The notes: a model not told the origin generated them from the sequence alone. A DNA stretch of 64,000 bases from Epiperipatus broadwayi (GCA_028023455.1 JAQFVV010000008.1:19158001-19222000); one strand, 5' to 3'; counted from the first letter of the stretch, positions 1-13,861 are shown. Numbers and translations are program-made.

Positions 1-1379
1 GAAGACAAATAAATTATGTCCTTCAAGAAAAGATATTTGATAAATTTTTAGAATCAATTTATTTGTCATATTAACTATCCTTAATATTGAAGTTGATTAA
101 AGGACCCACCTTAATTCTATAAAGCTTATATTTTTAACATAAGTTATAAGCTAGCAAAGCACAAAGCATGCATGGTTAAGAAGTGATAAAACATCATGGG
201 GATGTAGCTGCTTATCATACAGCCAAGAGTTTCTGATATGATTATCATTTCAAATTAACATCATGATAACCATGATAGTAAGCAATCTACAATACACTAC
301 AATCAAGCAAAGAAATGATCTCAGCATAGGAAAGATAGTTTATAAAAGAGTCTGAGTCACCAACATGAAGACTCAGATGGTGACCAAAGATTATTCGATG
401 AAGTACCATTCTGTTGATGCATGGGAACTTTCCTAAGAGCAAAGATACTTACACATTTCACAATGTGGATTACAAGACTTTACTATGGATAAACTACACT
501 GGATTAACATCCCAAATTATATTTTTAATATTTTTTATTTTTATTTTGCTTGTTACATTGGATTTTTTCTTTTGAAACAGAGAGTCAATCCATTCAATTA
601 TCAATTATTTTAGAGGGAGGGGGCTATCAATTCATTTTTTTATATTTTTAATTTATTAATAAAATTTAGGGGCAGTCTCCCAACTTGCTTGCTAATTGGT
701 ACATCAGTCTACTGACGTGAAAGGTGATACTTTCCTCTTATTCAATATTAAGCTCTCACACTTTGACAATTACAATAGTTTTTATGTTCTATGTTTGTGT
801 TCAGTTAACTTAATTATTAATTATTGATTATTCGGAATATATGACTAAACCCTTGAATGATTGGTTTGTCCTATTATAGATCTATATAACACCAGAATAG
901 AAGGGGGCTCAGGATCTATAAGCAACTCTCAACAGGTCTCAAAATATAGACAGGCAGGAGAGAAATTAAGGACCAAATGATTTCATGGAATTTTAGTCAT
1001 CAAAGAATTGTTAAAATACAGTTTCAAATTGTCTTCAAGGTAAATTTGAGTTTGTTAAATTGGAATAGGGAATAACCATCCTTCATAGGAATTATGGGTT
1101 AATAAATGGTTAATGAATCCAAACGAAGGATGATCATGCCCCATACAATCATTAAACATTAAAAAATATATATATATACCACTTTGTTATAAAGAATTAT
1201 GAATAGTGATTATCATAAAAATCAATTTATTAAATATTAAATCCAGGTTAGTTGTTTGTTGTTTGATTTTTCATTTTCCAATTAATCACACTTATACATA
1301 TCCAGTGAACATATCAGATGCAGTACCTTGAAATAGAGTACATGTATATTCTTTTTGAGTTTGAACTCTGTGGCATAAT

Positions 1380-1560
1380 GAGGATCAAGAGAAGTGAAGT
1401 AAGGGGAGTTGTGCAAGTGTGAATCACATTGTTGGACCACTTCCTAAAACTTAGATAAATCATCAAATAACTGACTTGCCATATCATGTGTAATGCTCTT
1501 ACATGAAGACCAAGCAGGCAACTATAGTTAAATGATTGCAATTTCAAAACCATAAGTTGT
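1380..1560 (+). mobile_element. Highly decayed LTR-retrotransposon integrase remnant
   Basis: The + frame reads HIVGPLPKT at ~1425-1451, matching the rve-core DxxGPLP motif. Flanks are full of stops. The listed minus ORF 1314-1553 is merely antisense to it. Confidence 0.4.
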
Positions 1561-2759
1561 TAGGCATGAATCACACACACACATATATATATATATTTAA
1601 TCCTGTTATATCTGTCACAGCCAATCATTGGGCTTGAAACATATAAATGATACTATGTTGACTATCCCATTATAATATATATTTACACACAATGAAGCAG
1701 TTGGATCTGAATTCGATCCTAGCTTCATGACTTCTAGCCATAAGCCTACTTCAAACCCTAGTACTAACCTTAAATTTCCGATGCAGTGGGGCTTTATATG
1801 GTCAATCCATGCTAGTTTTCTTAAAGAAAAACTATTTTATAAATGTGTATTAAAATTAATTAGTTTAAGGTTTGAATTAATCGATGCTATTAATAAATTC
1901 ATGATAAAATTATTCATGAATTTATATATATTACAACTGCGTGGATTGTGCATATGTATTTATAAATATTTAAATATATATAATTGTTCGAAAGTTTCAT
2001 TGTGTTGGGAATGTTTTGATTTTACTTTTAAATAATTTGTTAAAATTTTAGTGATTAAAAGCTACATTATTTCAATAAGCTTTCAGATTTTCCTTTTCCA
2101 AAACAATGGGTAAAGTTTTATTAATTAGAAAAAAAAATATAAGTATTTAAAATGTAAGGATTTCCTAATTAAAATCATTTTTCTGATTTTAAGAATTCAT
2201 TTTCTAATTAGAAAATGAATTCAAGTTAATGAGTTTGAAAGCCTTATCGAAGGAATGTATCTAAAAACAACTAGTAGATTTTGTGACATTGATAATGAAA
2301 GAAGTGCTAGCCTGAAGACATCAGATACAGTATGAAGGCATCAGATACAGTATAAATAGCTCTGAAAAGTTTGGAGAAGGGAGAAGCCATCTTTGTTGTA
2401 AAAAAGTGCCATTAAATTCTGTATGTTTTAGAATCATGAATTCAAATAGTGTTCCTATCATGGTGAGGGGCTAAACATCAGAAATCTGGCTACGGTGCCT
2501 GAAGTCCCCTGAAAATCTTCAATGAAGCTGCTAAATCCTTTCTGGACCAATCGTGCTGCAAAAATCATGAAAAATCAATAAAATGCTGTTCAAGTAATTG
2601 ATCAAATGCGTGCCTACGTTTTACCAACCCCAACGTGTAAACTAAACTCAGCTCAAATAGTAATATTATTTATATTAAATGTATTAAATCTAAGCATTTA
2701 TATTTCAATGTAATTTTAATCCAATTATAATTATTTTATATTCAGTGACATTATTACTG

Positions 2760-2795
<36 letters not shown>

Positions 2796-3634
2796 CGATG
2801 GTGGTTCATTTACTATATTATATATATTCTGTGTGATTTATTAATGTCATTTATTTTTAATTATATGCCAACAATCCTTCGAATCGACGAGCTCCTTTGT
2901 TCCATTTGCTTTGTGCAAATAATGTAATATTAATTCTGATAGTAATTCTTGCCCATTAGAACTAGATTTATACAGTTCTATCAATCATCGAGTTGAAAGA
3001 AATTATTAAATGTTTACTATTTTTATAATTGGCTAATAATAAATTATTAGCTTAATTTTTAATCTATGCTCCAGCTATTTTCTCGTATTCGCCAATGCGT
3101 ATTTATTCATATATAATGTTAACATGTTTTTTTTGCAAAAGGGGTTGATAAAGGAATCAAATAAATATATTCTAATTCAAATTGTTTTTTACTATCTATT
3201 AATATTCAGGAAGGGCATGATGTTTGGGGCATAACTAATATAATTTTATAAATGCTTCAAAATAACTTTACTTAAAAGATCATTTGACTTTAATTAATTT
3301 GATCAAGTCATCATGTAGAGCATTCTATAATAAATTGTTTTTTTATTCAAATGGTGACTATCAAGTCATCATCTTTGAATGTTGCTGACGTAGGGCAATC
3401 TTTTCGCTCCATAGACTTGTCGGTGGTAACATCACTGTTCTTTTAATTATAGAGGAAGAAAGCACTTCCTCCCCCGCTTATATTATATTTGGAACACCAA
3501 AGGTTCACAGCTATGACTTGGCTTGGTTTTCCCCATGTTCCACGTCTCGTTAAAGGGTAGTAAGACTTGTCAAATACAAGCTGCCATACTACTTAACCCA
3601 CTGACCAGTGATTATCTTTCCTTTTCATTTATAG

Positions 3635-3752
3635 CTCATAATTCATCAGCACCATTACCTTTCTGTTCCAGTAAAGCCCACTCTGATGCTCATAATTCGT
3701 GATGAAGTGATTTCAATTAAAGTTGAACAAATTCTTAATTATCTCAAAATAA
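3635..3752 (+). CDS. Candidate spliced exon (118 nt) of an unidentified host gene
   Basis: Pyrimidine-rich acceptor ctttccttttcatttatag ends at 3634; donor GTAAGT starts at 3753. Frame 0 is open throughout (LIIHQHHYLSVPVKPTLMLIIRDEVISIKVEQILNYLKI), with an internal ATG at 3686. A possible 75-nt upstream intron is 3560-3634 (GTAAGA...TAG). No recognisable protein family. Confidence 0.3.
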
Positions 3753-4123
3753 GTAAGTTTTCTAATAAAGATTAAAGTTATGTCCTAAATACATATCTTG
3801 CTCTTCATGAATGGATTTGCGAATGTGAAAATAAATCTCACATTCTTTATAAAATAAGAATCATAATTTCCATCATGACTGAATACCTTTATCTGCCTTT
3901 ATTTTCTTGTTGGGGCCATAGACAGATAGAATTCCATAATATTGCATAATACTCATTGATTTATAATAGGAACTGCCATCCTTATTATAATTATAAACTC
4001 TGTTTAAGGCTCGAGGTGATCAATTTAATCATCATTTAAAATTGAACAAAACTATTACTAGTATTATTAAATATTTTATTAACACACTTGGTTTCTTAAG
4101 TCTTTTATTTAATAATTATTTAA

Positions 4124-4400
4124 TGTTAAGGCTCGCTGTTTGTGTTGGCAACCTGAACATATACATATGACTTGATTTAAAATTATCTTTACTCAGTTTA
4201 TTATCCAATATTAATGTCAATTCAGGGGTCTCTAATCCTCACCAACCATTGAGCTAGTTTCTTGGTGCATAGCACTGTGCCATCGATTTAGATCATCCAT
4301 TGATCTGAGCTGGTGAGTTGGGTTTGAATTCAGTTTGGTTCGGCTGAGGTTGGATCCGACTTGCAGTTTAGGTGGTGGACGTTTTTCGAGCGGTACAACA
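4124..4400. mobile_element. Possible solo LTR or small non-autonomous element
   Basis: GC-richer block bounded by TGTT (4124) and TACAACA (4400). Flanks ttaa/ctaa resemble an imperfect 4-bp TSD. An internal CAGGGGTCTC stretch also resembles hAT termini, so the class is ambiguous. Confidence 0.3.
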
Positions 4401-5489
4401 CTAATATTTAGTTTTTAAAAATTAGATTCAAGATTATTGAGAAAACTGATTATTATAATATTTGTAGGAACAAAAAAGTAATATATTTTTAGAAACTTTC
4501 AAATTTCAAAAAAAATCTACAAGTTATACATTTTGTAAATTATCATTCTTGTTTAATTTAAAAATGCTGGGGTCAAGTTGATGATTTATTGATATTAATA
4601 TCTTTAATAATGTTTAAGACAATAAAGCAATAATAAAAGTGTATTTTCATTTTAATTTCCCAGGAATCAACTCTAATAACAGAAATTGATAAAATTTTAA
4701 AAATTAGAACTTTTATACTTTGTTTATTATCACTTTTTTTTGTTATTTTCTCTGTTTTAAGAGTATTCAACTAAACAAATATTAATTATTATTACTAAAG
4801 AAAATTTTTTATTCAGTTATCATAAAGAAGGTTGTAATTGTCAGAATGTTCATAATTATATGCTCATAATGGATGAGTATGTTTCATAATGTGTTGAAAA
4901 TGTAATGGTAAGATCATAAGAGCAATCAGTATTTTCTTCAGCTTGCTGGATGTAATAATATTGAATCTACATTTGTAAAGAATTAATGATTGTTTGATTG
5001 GATATGAAAATCATGAAAAATGAAAGACTTTCTAAGTAATGTATTTTGTAACGAACTTGAACATAATTTTTATGGGAGAGGATGGCAAGCAACTACTACC
5101 AAATGATGATCAAGTATTATCATTTGGTCCTGATTTCCTTTTTCCAGTTTTTCAATCTATTTTTTGGCATAAAACTTAACCCCATCTTTTATAGTTACCA
5201 TTTTTGTAGTTTTTTAAAACAATTATTTAATAGTGTCTGGAAATTATGTGTGTGCTTAATATATAAATGTGAAAGTTTTTTTGTGGCTTTGTAACTCAAC
5301 AAATATTGCACCAATCTAGATGAATCTTGAATGATTTTTTTTTGAATGATTTTCCTTCTTTTTTCATATAGAATATTATAGGTTGTAAATTTTTGCTTTA
5401 TGGCAGTTAATTGTTTTGAAAACTTTAGTTTGTGGAAAATTGAATGACGTTAGATATAATCAAAAAGATCAGCATATTAAAAGATTAAA

Positions 5490-6470
5490 TACATTTGAAG
5501 CTTTTCTTTTTAGGATTTCAGTGTAAACTAAATTTTAAAAAGTAACAAATGAAATTTAATTAAAAGAATTATTGTCTTAAAAAATCATATTAAAATATAT
5601 ATATATATATTTTTAAAAATAATATTGTTCAATAGGCTGTATGAAAATAATATTTTAAAATGATCTTGCCTTCAAATTGTCATTTATGATAAGTAATAAA
5701 GTAATTTATACAATAGCTTTGAATTTTTATTCATGCTCCACTTAATTGCATAATTTTCTTTTGTGTGTATGTGTTGAATTTTATAGACTAGGAATTTTAC
5801 CTTTAGGAGTTTAAAGCTTTCTTTTAAAAGGATGTCATCAGTTTAATACATTTTAAAAAGTAAATGAATGAAATTTAATATATAGATTTTAGAAAGAATG
5901 TTAACATTTAAACTATTCAATAATTATTGTCTTTAAAAAACATTTTATTGAGCAAAGCTTTTATTTAAGTAATATTTTACAACAACCTTGCCTTCAAATT
6001 ATCATTTATGATCAAAGTAAGATTATCTTTTTAAAAATTAAAACCATTTTATTTTTTATCAATGACATTATTCAAATGATTAATTAAATACATAGTTTTA
6101 TAATTTCCCTTTAAGCATATTCTCATATAAGTAAATAAGTTTTATATTGGCTTGGAATTTTTGTTCATGCTTAGCTTAAAAGTGAGAAATTAATTATGTG
6201 GTACATTTCATAAAGGATATTAAAATTTAAACTATTCAAGTAATTATTTTTAAAAATTTTTATAACCACTTTATTTTTTAAAATAATGTTGTTCAAGCAA
6301 TACATTAATTGTGTGGGACATTACCTTCAAATATTACTTTTAGAATTTCAGTGTAAATATATTTCTCATGTGATAAATGAAATTTTTTTTTTTAAAAAAT
6401 AACATTGTTCAATAGAATATAGAAAACATTTAAGTATTATTTTAAAATAATATTTCAATTGAACACCATA
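5490..6470. repeat. Degenerate tandem/local repeats of AT-rich units (~300-400 bp)
   Basis: Recurring blocks: ccttgccttcaaatt(g/a)tcatttatgat, aaactattcaa, gatttcagtgtaaa, aata(t/c)attgttcaatag and gaattttt(a/g)ttcatgct, each seen two to three times. Confidence 0.55.
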
Positions 6471-6539
6471 TAAATATACCCATCAATGTTATTTTAATTA
6501 TATAATATTGAAAATAACATGACAAGGAAGACCAATTTT

Positions 6540-7370
6540 GTACATTATTCATCCAGGACACAAATAATGCAGTCGGTGAGAGTTTAAGAAACTGCAGCTA
6601 ATATGAACAGCAGGGCAAGACAAGAAGCATTCAGAGCCACATAAGCAGGCTCAGTGCCAAAGATCATTAAAAACTGCAGAAACTGAAAATCAAACTGCTG
6701 AGCCATGAAAGGTGCAAAGTCAATTTTAAGCATCTATGATAGATGCAGAATCTATGAAACATGGTTATAATGATAGGCACAATATTAAGTAACATCAAGA
6801 GCCACTAAAACAAGACCACAAACTAATATGCTCTTATAACAAGCTCATCACAAGCAACTATAAGGAACAACATTTTAAAAATTATGTGGAGTTCTTTCTA
6901 TGGTGATGCTTTAAACTGCAACCCATCAATTGATTGTGTTAATTATTTGCTATTGTCAATCAGCAAAATGAATCATGAATGTCAATATTGTGGTGCCATG
7001 AAGTGGGAAAATGAATTTCCAGGCTTTTACTGTTTATGAGGTAAAGTTTCTGTTCTTTATTTACAAGAGCCATTTCAACCTTTATAAAATATTTTTTTCA
7101 AATTAGATTGTTTCAAATATTTTCTTGCTCATAGCCATAAATATAATTCATGTTTTCAAATGACATCTTTGTAACTGATTACACAACTTGGATTTTTACC
7201 AACTTTCTTAGTTCAAGGACAAATATACCACAGAATTTGAGCAATTCTACCAATGTACAACAATGAGCATCAATTCTTAACGAATTTATTTTATGGGAAA
7301 CTAGTTGTACCAATGATTTTGCTCATATGAATAGAATAAAAGAATGTAATGTAATTGATAATTAAAATAT
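6540..7370 (+). mobile_element. Helitron Rep/helicase N-terminal fragment (pseudogenised)
   Basis: Translates to ALNCNPSIDC...KMNHECQYCGAMKWENEFPGFYCL*GKV, then KYNSCFQMTS and TFLVQGQIYHRI. These match conserved Helitron N-terminal motifs (C-x2-C-x-A-x-K-W...CC-x2-GKV; YN-x2-F-x-MTSF; F-x-IQGQIYH). Confidence 0.8.
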
Positions 7371-7464
7371 ATTTAAATAATATTTACATGACATAATAAT
7401 ACATGAGTTATCAACAGCAAGTAAAAATGATTATTGTGATGCCTTTCTATAAACTATGTTGTAC

Positions 7465-8330
7465 ATCATTATGTCATGTAAATATAATTTAATTATCAAC
7501 AGTTTTTTGTTTTCATTATTTTTTTAATTTGTTCTACTGGAAATTATTTGCGTAAAATATTATAAAATTGCAAAATTAAAATATTTATCTATAGCTATTA
7601 TTTATTTTTAAACAACTATATTTATTTATTATCTAATAAAACATTTTTTTTGTAGATTTTATGGTTTGTTGATTAAATTTTTTTATAAAGAATTGATTAT
7701 AAATAAAAAATACCGATAGGATAATTATTTAAATTATTTTCTATTTTAAAACTTATTTAAATATAACAAACAAGAGCAAAAAGTTTAATGTGAAAACTGA
7801 TACTGAATTGTTTGCATTAATTTATTCAAATAGGTTTTAGGAATTTGGAGGATTATTTGATTTTATTGTTGTTGTCTCTTTTTTATTGCAAGTTTTTGTA
7901 GACCATATAGTTACTCAATTTGAATTTTATATAAATAGCCATTTTTTTTTTTTTTTAAATATTATTCTTATAAAACATTTTTTTATTGTGAATAATTAAT
8001 ATTAATGAACACGAAATACAAATTTATTTCCTACTAGCTTTATTTATGGGTTACAGGATAATTAAAAAATAATAATTAAAAGGTGTAATGTTTTTAGGTC
8101 AGATAATTTATAATCATGCGTGCCATATATATATAAAGAAATTAAAGTGTCATTTATTTATTTTTATTATTAAATTATAGTAATAGTATTAGCTTTTTTT
8201 TAGTGGAGCCAATTATTCTTATTGTTTTTTAATCAAATATTTATATTATGTTAATATAAATATAACTATTGATCATTTTCTAGTTTTTTCTTTGATATTT
8301 AGAGCATAAATCTATGAATAATAATTATTA
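7465..8330 (+). repeat. Dispersed repeat copy A (~860 bp), homologous to 17010-18000
   Basis: Colinear identity with copy B, e.g. tatttatttttaaacaactatatttatttattatctaataaaacatttt and gcaatttggaggatta/gaatttggaggatta, with scattered substitutions and indels. Confidence 0.9.
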
Positions 8331-8546
8331 TTATTAATTTTTTATTGGTTTTCTATTTTACAGATAGGTATATTTTGGATTTTCATAATCTAATAGATGT
8401 TCAAATGGATCTGATTAAAAAATTGATGATTTAGAAAATAATCTAAAAGTATCATGGTTCTTTTTCATCTAGTCATTCCACAAAAAAAATAGTGAATGCT
8501 AGGGGTATATGCATTCCTGTCTGGTCTCAGATAAATAAATAAATAA

Positions 8547-8626
8547 CAACATATAATGAAAATAAATGTGTTTATTATATATATATATATATATATAATA
8601 AACACATTTATTTTCATTATATGTTG
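8547..8626. repeat. Perfect 80-bp palindrome: 29-bp arms around (TA)11
   Basis: Left arm caacatataatgaaaataaatgtgtttat (8547-8575) is the exact reverse complement of 8598-8626. Confidence 0.95.
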
Positions 8627-8627
8627 G

Positions 8628-8662
<35 letters not shown>

Positions 8663-10662
8663 GACCTTCTGGTTTGGCACCAGAAATATTATTTGTAATT
8701 GTGTAATATTGTATCAGTAATATCTGATATCATCTTATTAAAAAAAAATGAAATAACGTGAAATTTTTAAATTTTTTTTTAGTAAAGACTTAAAACTATG
8801 CTTAAAAGTACTTATAGGTGTAATTTGAGGATTATTAGATATTTAATATTTTACTTTAGTGTATAATCAATGATAGGATAAGGGGGGTGGCTTGTCACAA
8901 AAGTAGTCAGTTCAGTTTAAGTTGATTCTAATTGGTTTTATTTGTTTACAGAACAGTATTAAGATTTGTTTGACTGATTCTCTAGTTCATTTGCTTTTCA
9001 TATTTTAATTTATAGTATAAACAGTGAAGTATGTTTAACTCATCATCATTAAAATTGTTGTTTCAGTCACATCAGTTTAATACCTATAGTACATTATTTG
9101 TAAATATTCATTTATGTCTGTATCATTATCCAACTTCATTTTTCATTTATATGCTTCATGAAACCATCAAATATCATATCTCATATCCAAATATTTAATT
9201 TTATCATTACTAATTTAAAAACCAGCTTAATTATATTTTAAATGAATTAATGGACCACTGGACTGATGAATTATTGAACAACAAATATGCTGTAAAATAT
9301 TTTATTTGTTAAAATAATTATTAATTTTATTCTGTTACTTTAAGAATACAGAATATTTAATTCTTAGTTCAATTTAATATTTAATATTTTTTTTATTTAT
9401 TTAAAAGACAAAATAATTTTTTTGTTTCAATTTTTTTTTCCACAAGAAAGTTTCTTGCATAAATTAAGTCTTTGTCTCTGTCTAATGACCTTTCAACTTT
9501 CAAACGACTTTGGATTGGAAGTGTAAATGCTGGGTAATTTTTTTTTGAGGGCTATAAAAGGGTTAAATACAATTTTACAAGGGACTATTACCAAAGAGAA
9601 CTACCAAAGAAAAGTATTAAAGAGAACTACAAAATAAAGAAGACTACTACTCAGATTCTCTGCTGATAGAACTTCAAAGTATTATCTAAATAAATCTTAA
9701 TAGTACAATTTTATTAAAAAGCCTATTCTTCCAAAAAAAAAAGCCAAGTTGAAAGTTTAAAGTACTAAAAAGTTTCAGGATAATGTTCGAGTGAACAACC
9801 TAAAGGTACATTAATTTTATTTTTAATTGTCAGTTTAAGAATTCTCAATCATTATTTTAATGCATGAGTGTATCTACATTATAATATACTTAAAATTAAT
9901 TAGTAATATGAAGAAGGGAATGGAAGTATGTAATTATATTTCAAAATCATTTTATTTAAATTTTATTCTTACTTGTGAAGAATACAGAAGAATGTTTGTT
10001 TATTTTTCGAAATTATTATTCCTAAATTTTAATTATAGTATTAAGAAAATAACTGAAGTGTGCATATATCTTTATTATGTTGGAAAAGTATGCAAACTAT
10101 TATTAAGTCTCCCAAGAACTCTTTATGATAAATTTTGTGTTAGTTATAAAGAAGGTTAAGAAAGTGCATAGGAATCATTTATTTCATTATCATTTTATTG
10201 AAATACTTGCCTGATTATTTATATATATTTTTTTGCCTATTAAAAATAAGACTAAATATATAATTCAACTAATTATCTAATTATTTTTCCCAACTACTAT
10301 GAGAAATGGAGGTAGAAAATCGTTGAAGCTGAATATGACTTTTATTTTATTAATTGTCCTCTTTATTTGTGATGGAATTTCTTATATAGAATATTGCTAA
10401 CCAGCTCACGGAAAGTTAAATAAGTATTATCAGTTCAAATAATTATATACGTTTTATGAATGGCTCTGGAAAAGAAACGTTTAATAAATGCCTAATATAT
10501 TTTATGAATGAAAGGTGAATTATTACTTCTTTTCTATAACATTAATAGCAACTTCATTAGCTTCGCTAAGAACATTGAATGTGCTATACTGGAGTCAAAA
10601 TAATATTGTTATTTGTTTTCCTGCAGGAATGTGTTGTTTTGTCAATATTTATCTTTGTGTGC

Positions 10663-10721
<59 letters not shown>

Positions 10722-10733
10722 GTTATTATTATT
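10663..10733. repeat. (TAT)n microsatellite
   Basis: Direct reading. It produces the poly-I and poly-Y ORFs 10515-10766 and 10613-10843. Confidence 0.95.
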
Positions 10734-11499
10734 ACTACAGACATGACCAAGGGAAGTCATGTATAAACTGCAACAAACTTTTTGTTTTCAACCCAGAAGA
10801 GAAAAACAAGAACTTTATTTATTTATTATTTAATCGTATTTAGTATGTAGATAGTTTAAAGGTTGTTTTATGATTTTATTATTTTTATAATTATATTTAT
10901 TATGTCTCCAAGAACATCTCCTAAATGTATAATATTAGGGGAATATTATACAAGTTATTTATTATTATTATTTTAGTTTAAGCTTTATCATGTGCTGTAT
11001 ATAAACGCACGGTGCTTGGTAAATGGAGATGTCCATTTTAGGTTAAAAGGGGTGAACAATTATTTTAAAAGAGTTTCATTACATAAAATCTGATAGTATA
11101 TATTTGCGTTTTTTTTAATAGATTAGAAAATCATTATTTTCAATAATTATTTAACCTAGAACATAAAGCTTTGTTATTTATCTAAGCCCAACTTTTGCTT
11201 TGGATTGGTGCTAATATAAATGCACTATAAAAAGATTATTTTGTCTTACCTTGCCAATAGAAATTATTGCCTTGTTTCTAAACCATAATTAATATGTTTT
11301 TAAGTTATAAATATTATATCAGATATGAAATGTTTACTCGTTATTGCGTTTACAGTTAGTAATTAATATTTTTACATTAGTTCCTTACTTACTGGGATTT
11401 GAATTGTCTGTATTATTATTATGCTTGTATATGTGTGTATATTATAAAACTCAACTATAATAATGTGTAGATTGCAAGTAAAATAATATAAAGTATATC

Positions 11500-12090
11500 G
11501 GCTTCGGAGGATGGGAATGGACTATTCAAATTTGAAAGATTAGAATTTGTTTAAGCATGAATTTATTGTTCTTTATTATGTTTGATAAGAAAAGTGTTTA
11601 GTGGCTATTGGTAGTAAAAGTTAATGATGTTTTATTGTGTCTTGTGGAATCGAATAATCTCTCTTTTTTGTTGTTATTTGAATATTTTATATGGTAGATT
11701 GCCTAGTATATCTTATGGGATAAAATAAAATCCCTTTGTTATAGAAGTATTTGATAGGAGTGGATTGAATCCTCCAGTTTTGATATTTGATATTGTGAAT
11801 TAGAGTATATGAATCCAAGTATTTTATCTCCCTGATGTTTTGGTGATGAGATTTATTCCCACCAGTTTATGTAGTCTCAGAAGTAGACTTGGGAGTTATT
11901 GTCTTGTTAGTTATAAAATTAGAATTGTGAAAATCTTTTATCCCATGTGCTTATAGAATGCTTTCATCTTACTCATAGCCATGTGCCAGCTAATTTATTG
12001 ATAAGAAGAAGAATAAAAGTAGAATTGATTTTCTCATAAAACAGCTGTGTTAGAATTAGTGCTGAAGCTTGTTTGGTCCATTGTCATTGT
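11500..12090 (-). mobile_element. Decayed Penelope-like element, 3' (GIY-YIG-side) fragment
   Basis: Minus strand gives SITKGFYFIP and RLFDSTRHNKTS, resembling PLE G(I/V)Y-x-IPC...RLxEH motifs. Heavily interrupted. Confidence 0.4.
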
Positions 12091-13838
12091 CCATATTATG
12101 ATTTATTTACACATTCATAAGTAAACCGATTGGATTGATTAGTATTAATTATTTATTGTATGACACACAGCATAATGCAGACACAGATATAAAGTACTAA
12201 TTTAACAGTTATAAAAAAATCCATCATTAATGCATAACTTCAATCATTTTGCATTTATCATTTAAATTTCATATCATCAGCTTCCATAATATTTAATCAT
12301 AACTGGTATAAGCAAGCAAAGAAGACAAATCATAATTAATTAGTGGCATTATTCATTTCTATTTTGCAAAGATAAAACATAGCTAATTGATAGAATTATT
12401 TCCATTTTGCAAAGTATAATTTAATCTTATTTTGTGTTTATTCTTAGGTTCAAACCTTTTATTTTAGTTAATGTGCATTTTAAAGTAAAAATGCCAAGAT
12501 TTTAGTTTTATTTTATAATGTAATTGAAATATTTAACCTATGTTGTTTGTTATAGACTTATTAGATTAATTAATAATTTAAGAGTGATATAAAAGACAAG
12601 ATGTCGAATATAAAATAAATTCTGTAGTTGATTGCCAGAAATGTAAGAGTATATTATATCAGTTCCATATGTTTATCAGAAGTGACTGATAACTGAAAAC
12701 CATTTTTGCAATAAAATATAAAGATTTTATTTTAGTTTATTCTTTAGGGTTGAAGATATAATGTGATGCCATAAGTCAATCAAAGTGACTTGATAGATGA
12801 AATGTATTAGATAAGAAGTTAGAAAATTACTTGTAATTTCTGCTATTATGAAAGTTTTCAACCACTGATGTTAATACATCCAGAACTTATATCTGTACAA
12901 ATTGTAAAGAAATTAAATGTTTACTTAACTATATTTTTTTGTAATAAATGTTTTATTATTCAAATTTGTATTCAAGATTTTTCTTTAACATGCATTCGTG
13001 TTTCATATTTCCACACATGCTCACACATTTATTTTATTTAATATGATATAATTGTATTTTCATTTAATTTAATGATGAACATGTTCAGACATGATGATAT
13101 TGATTTCCTTGATTCAAACACTGTATGAGATGTCAATTATTTACTGAGTTTCTAAAAGGGTTGTTTAGATGATGAATTGAAATCAAAATGTGCCTGATTT
13201 CTTTCATTATCTAACTACCATTATTTTGTTAGGGTATTGTTTAATTCATTCCATACTTTCATAATATTAAATAATAGTTGTTGAAAGATAGAGATTTTAG
13301 ATTAAGCTATGCAATGAATCAATTCCCTGAGATATTCAATTTTTAATTGGATTAAATATTAATTCAGTTAATAAGATTAGATTAGTGTATAATTAAAAAT
13401 TTAGTAATGATAGGTTTAGTTTAAGTTCCGATCCAACTTGTTATACATTATAATTTCTAAATGTTATGTTTTATTTATTAGTTTAATTTTCTAATATGGT
13501 AGAGGTTGTTCAATGCATGTGGATGATGGAAGGAGGTGAAGTATAAATTATAACTTGTTAAATTGAGATGGTAGAATTTTACCAATTTAATTCTTATGTA
13601 TTTTAGAATTTAATAGATGTTTTATTCCTATTAATTATAATATTTTCTCCCACATCTAATGCACATTTTGCACCTCATAGACCTCTGTATCTTTTAACTG
13701 AGCTAGGCTAAGGTGAAACTTTATTTAAGAGCCTCATTTATAATTTTAGGGTAAAGTTAGATTAATATTTTATTCTATGATCCGTAGAATTGGCACCCCC
13801 AGGTATTTGTGGTTGTTGGTGTTCAGTGGTGAGGGGTT

Positions 13839-13861
<23 letters not shown>

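Noticed and set aside
150-480. Possible integrase relic (RLFDEVPFC*CMGTF)
   Set aside because: Only a faint resemblance to the D-x-MGPF motif; too decayed to call.
8660-8899. TGTGAC...GTCACA-bounded 240-bp block as a solo LTR
   Set aside because: No matching TSD and no second copy in the window.
9557-9566. AAAGGGTTAA piggyBac-like end
   Set aside because: No partner TIR found nearby; 10 bp can occur by chance.
9779-9805. 27-nt micro-exon DNVRVNNLK (tttcag|...|gtacat)
   Set aside because: Such short AG...GT segments are frequent by chance in AT-rich DNA, and its phase is incompatible with the 3635-3752 candidate.
10515-10843. Poly-Ile and poly-Tyr ORFs
   Set aside because: Artefacts of the (TAT)n microsatellite.
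11250-11277. Minus-strand micro-exon candidate ending GGCAAG|GTAAGA (similar case KFFGFGK at ~42538-42558)
   Set aside because: Good donors, but too short and not connectable into a gene model without transcripts.
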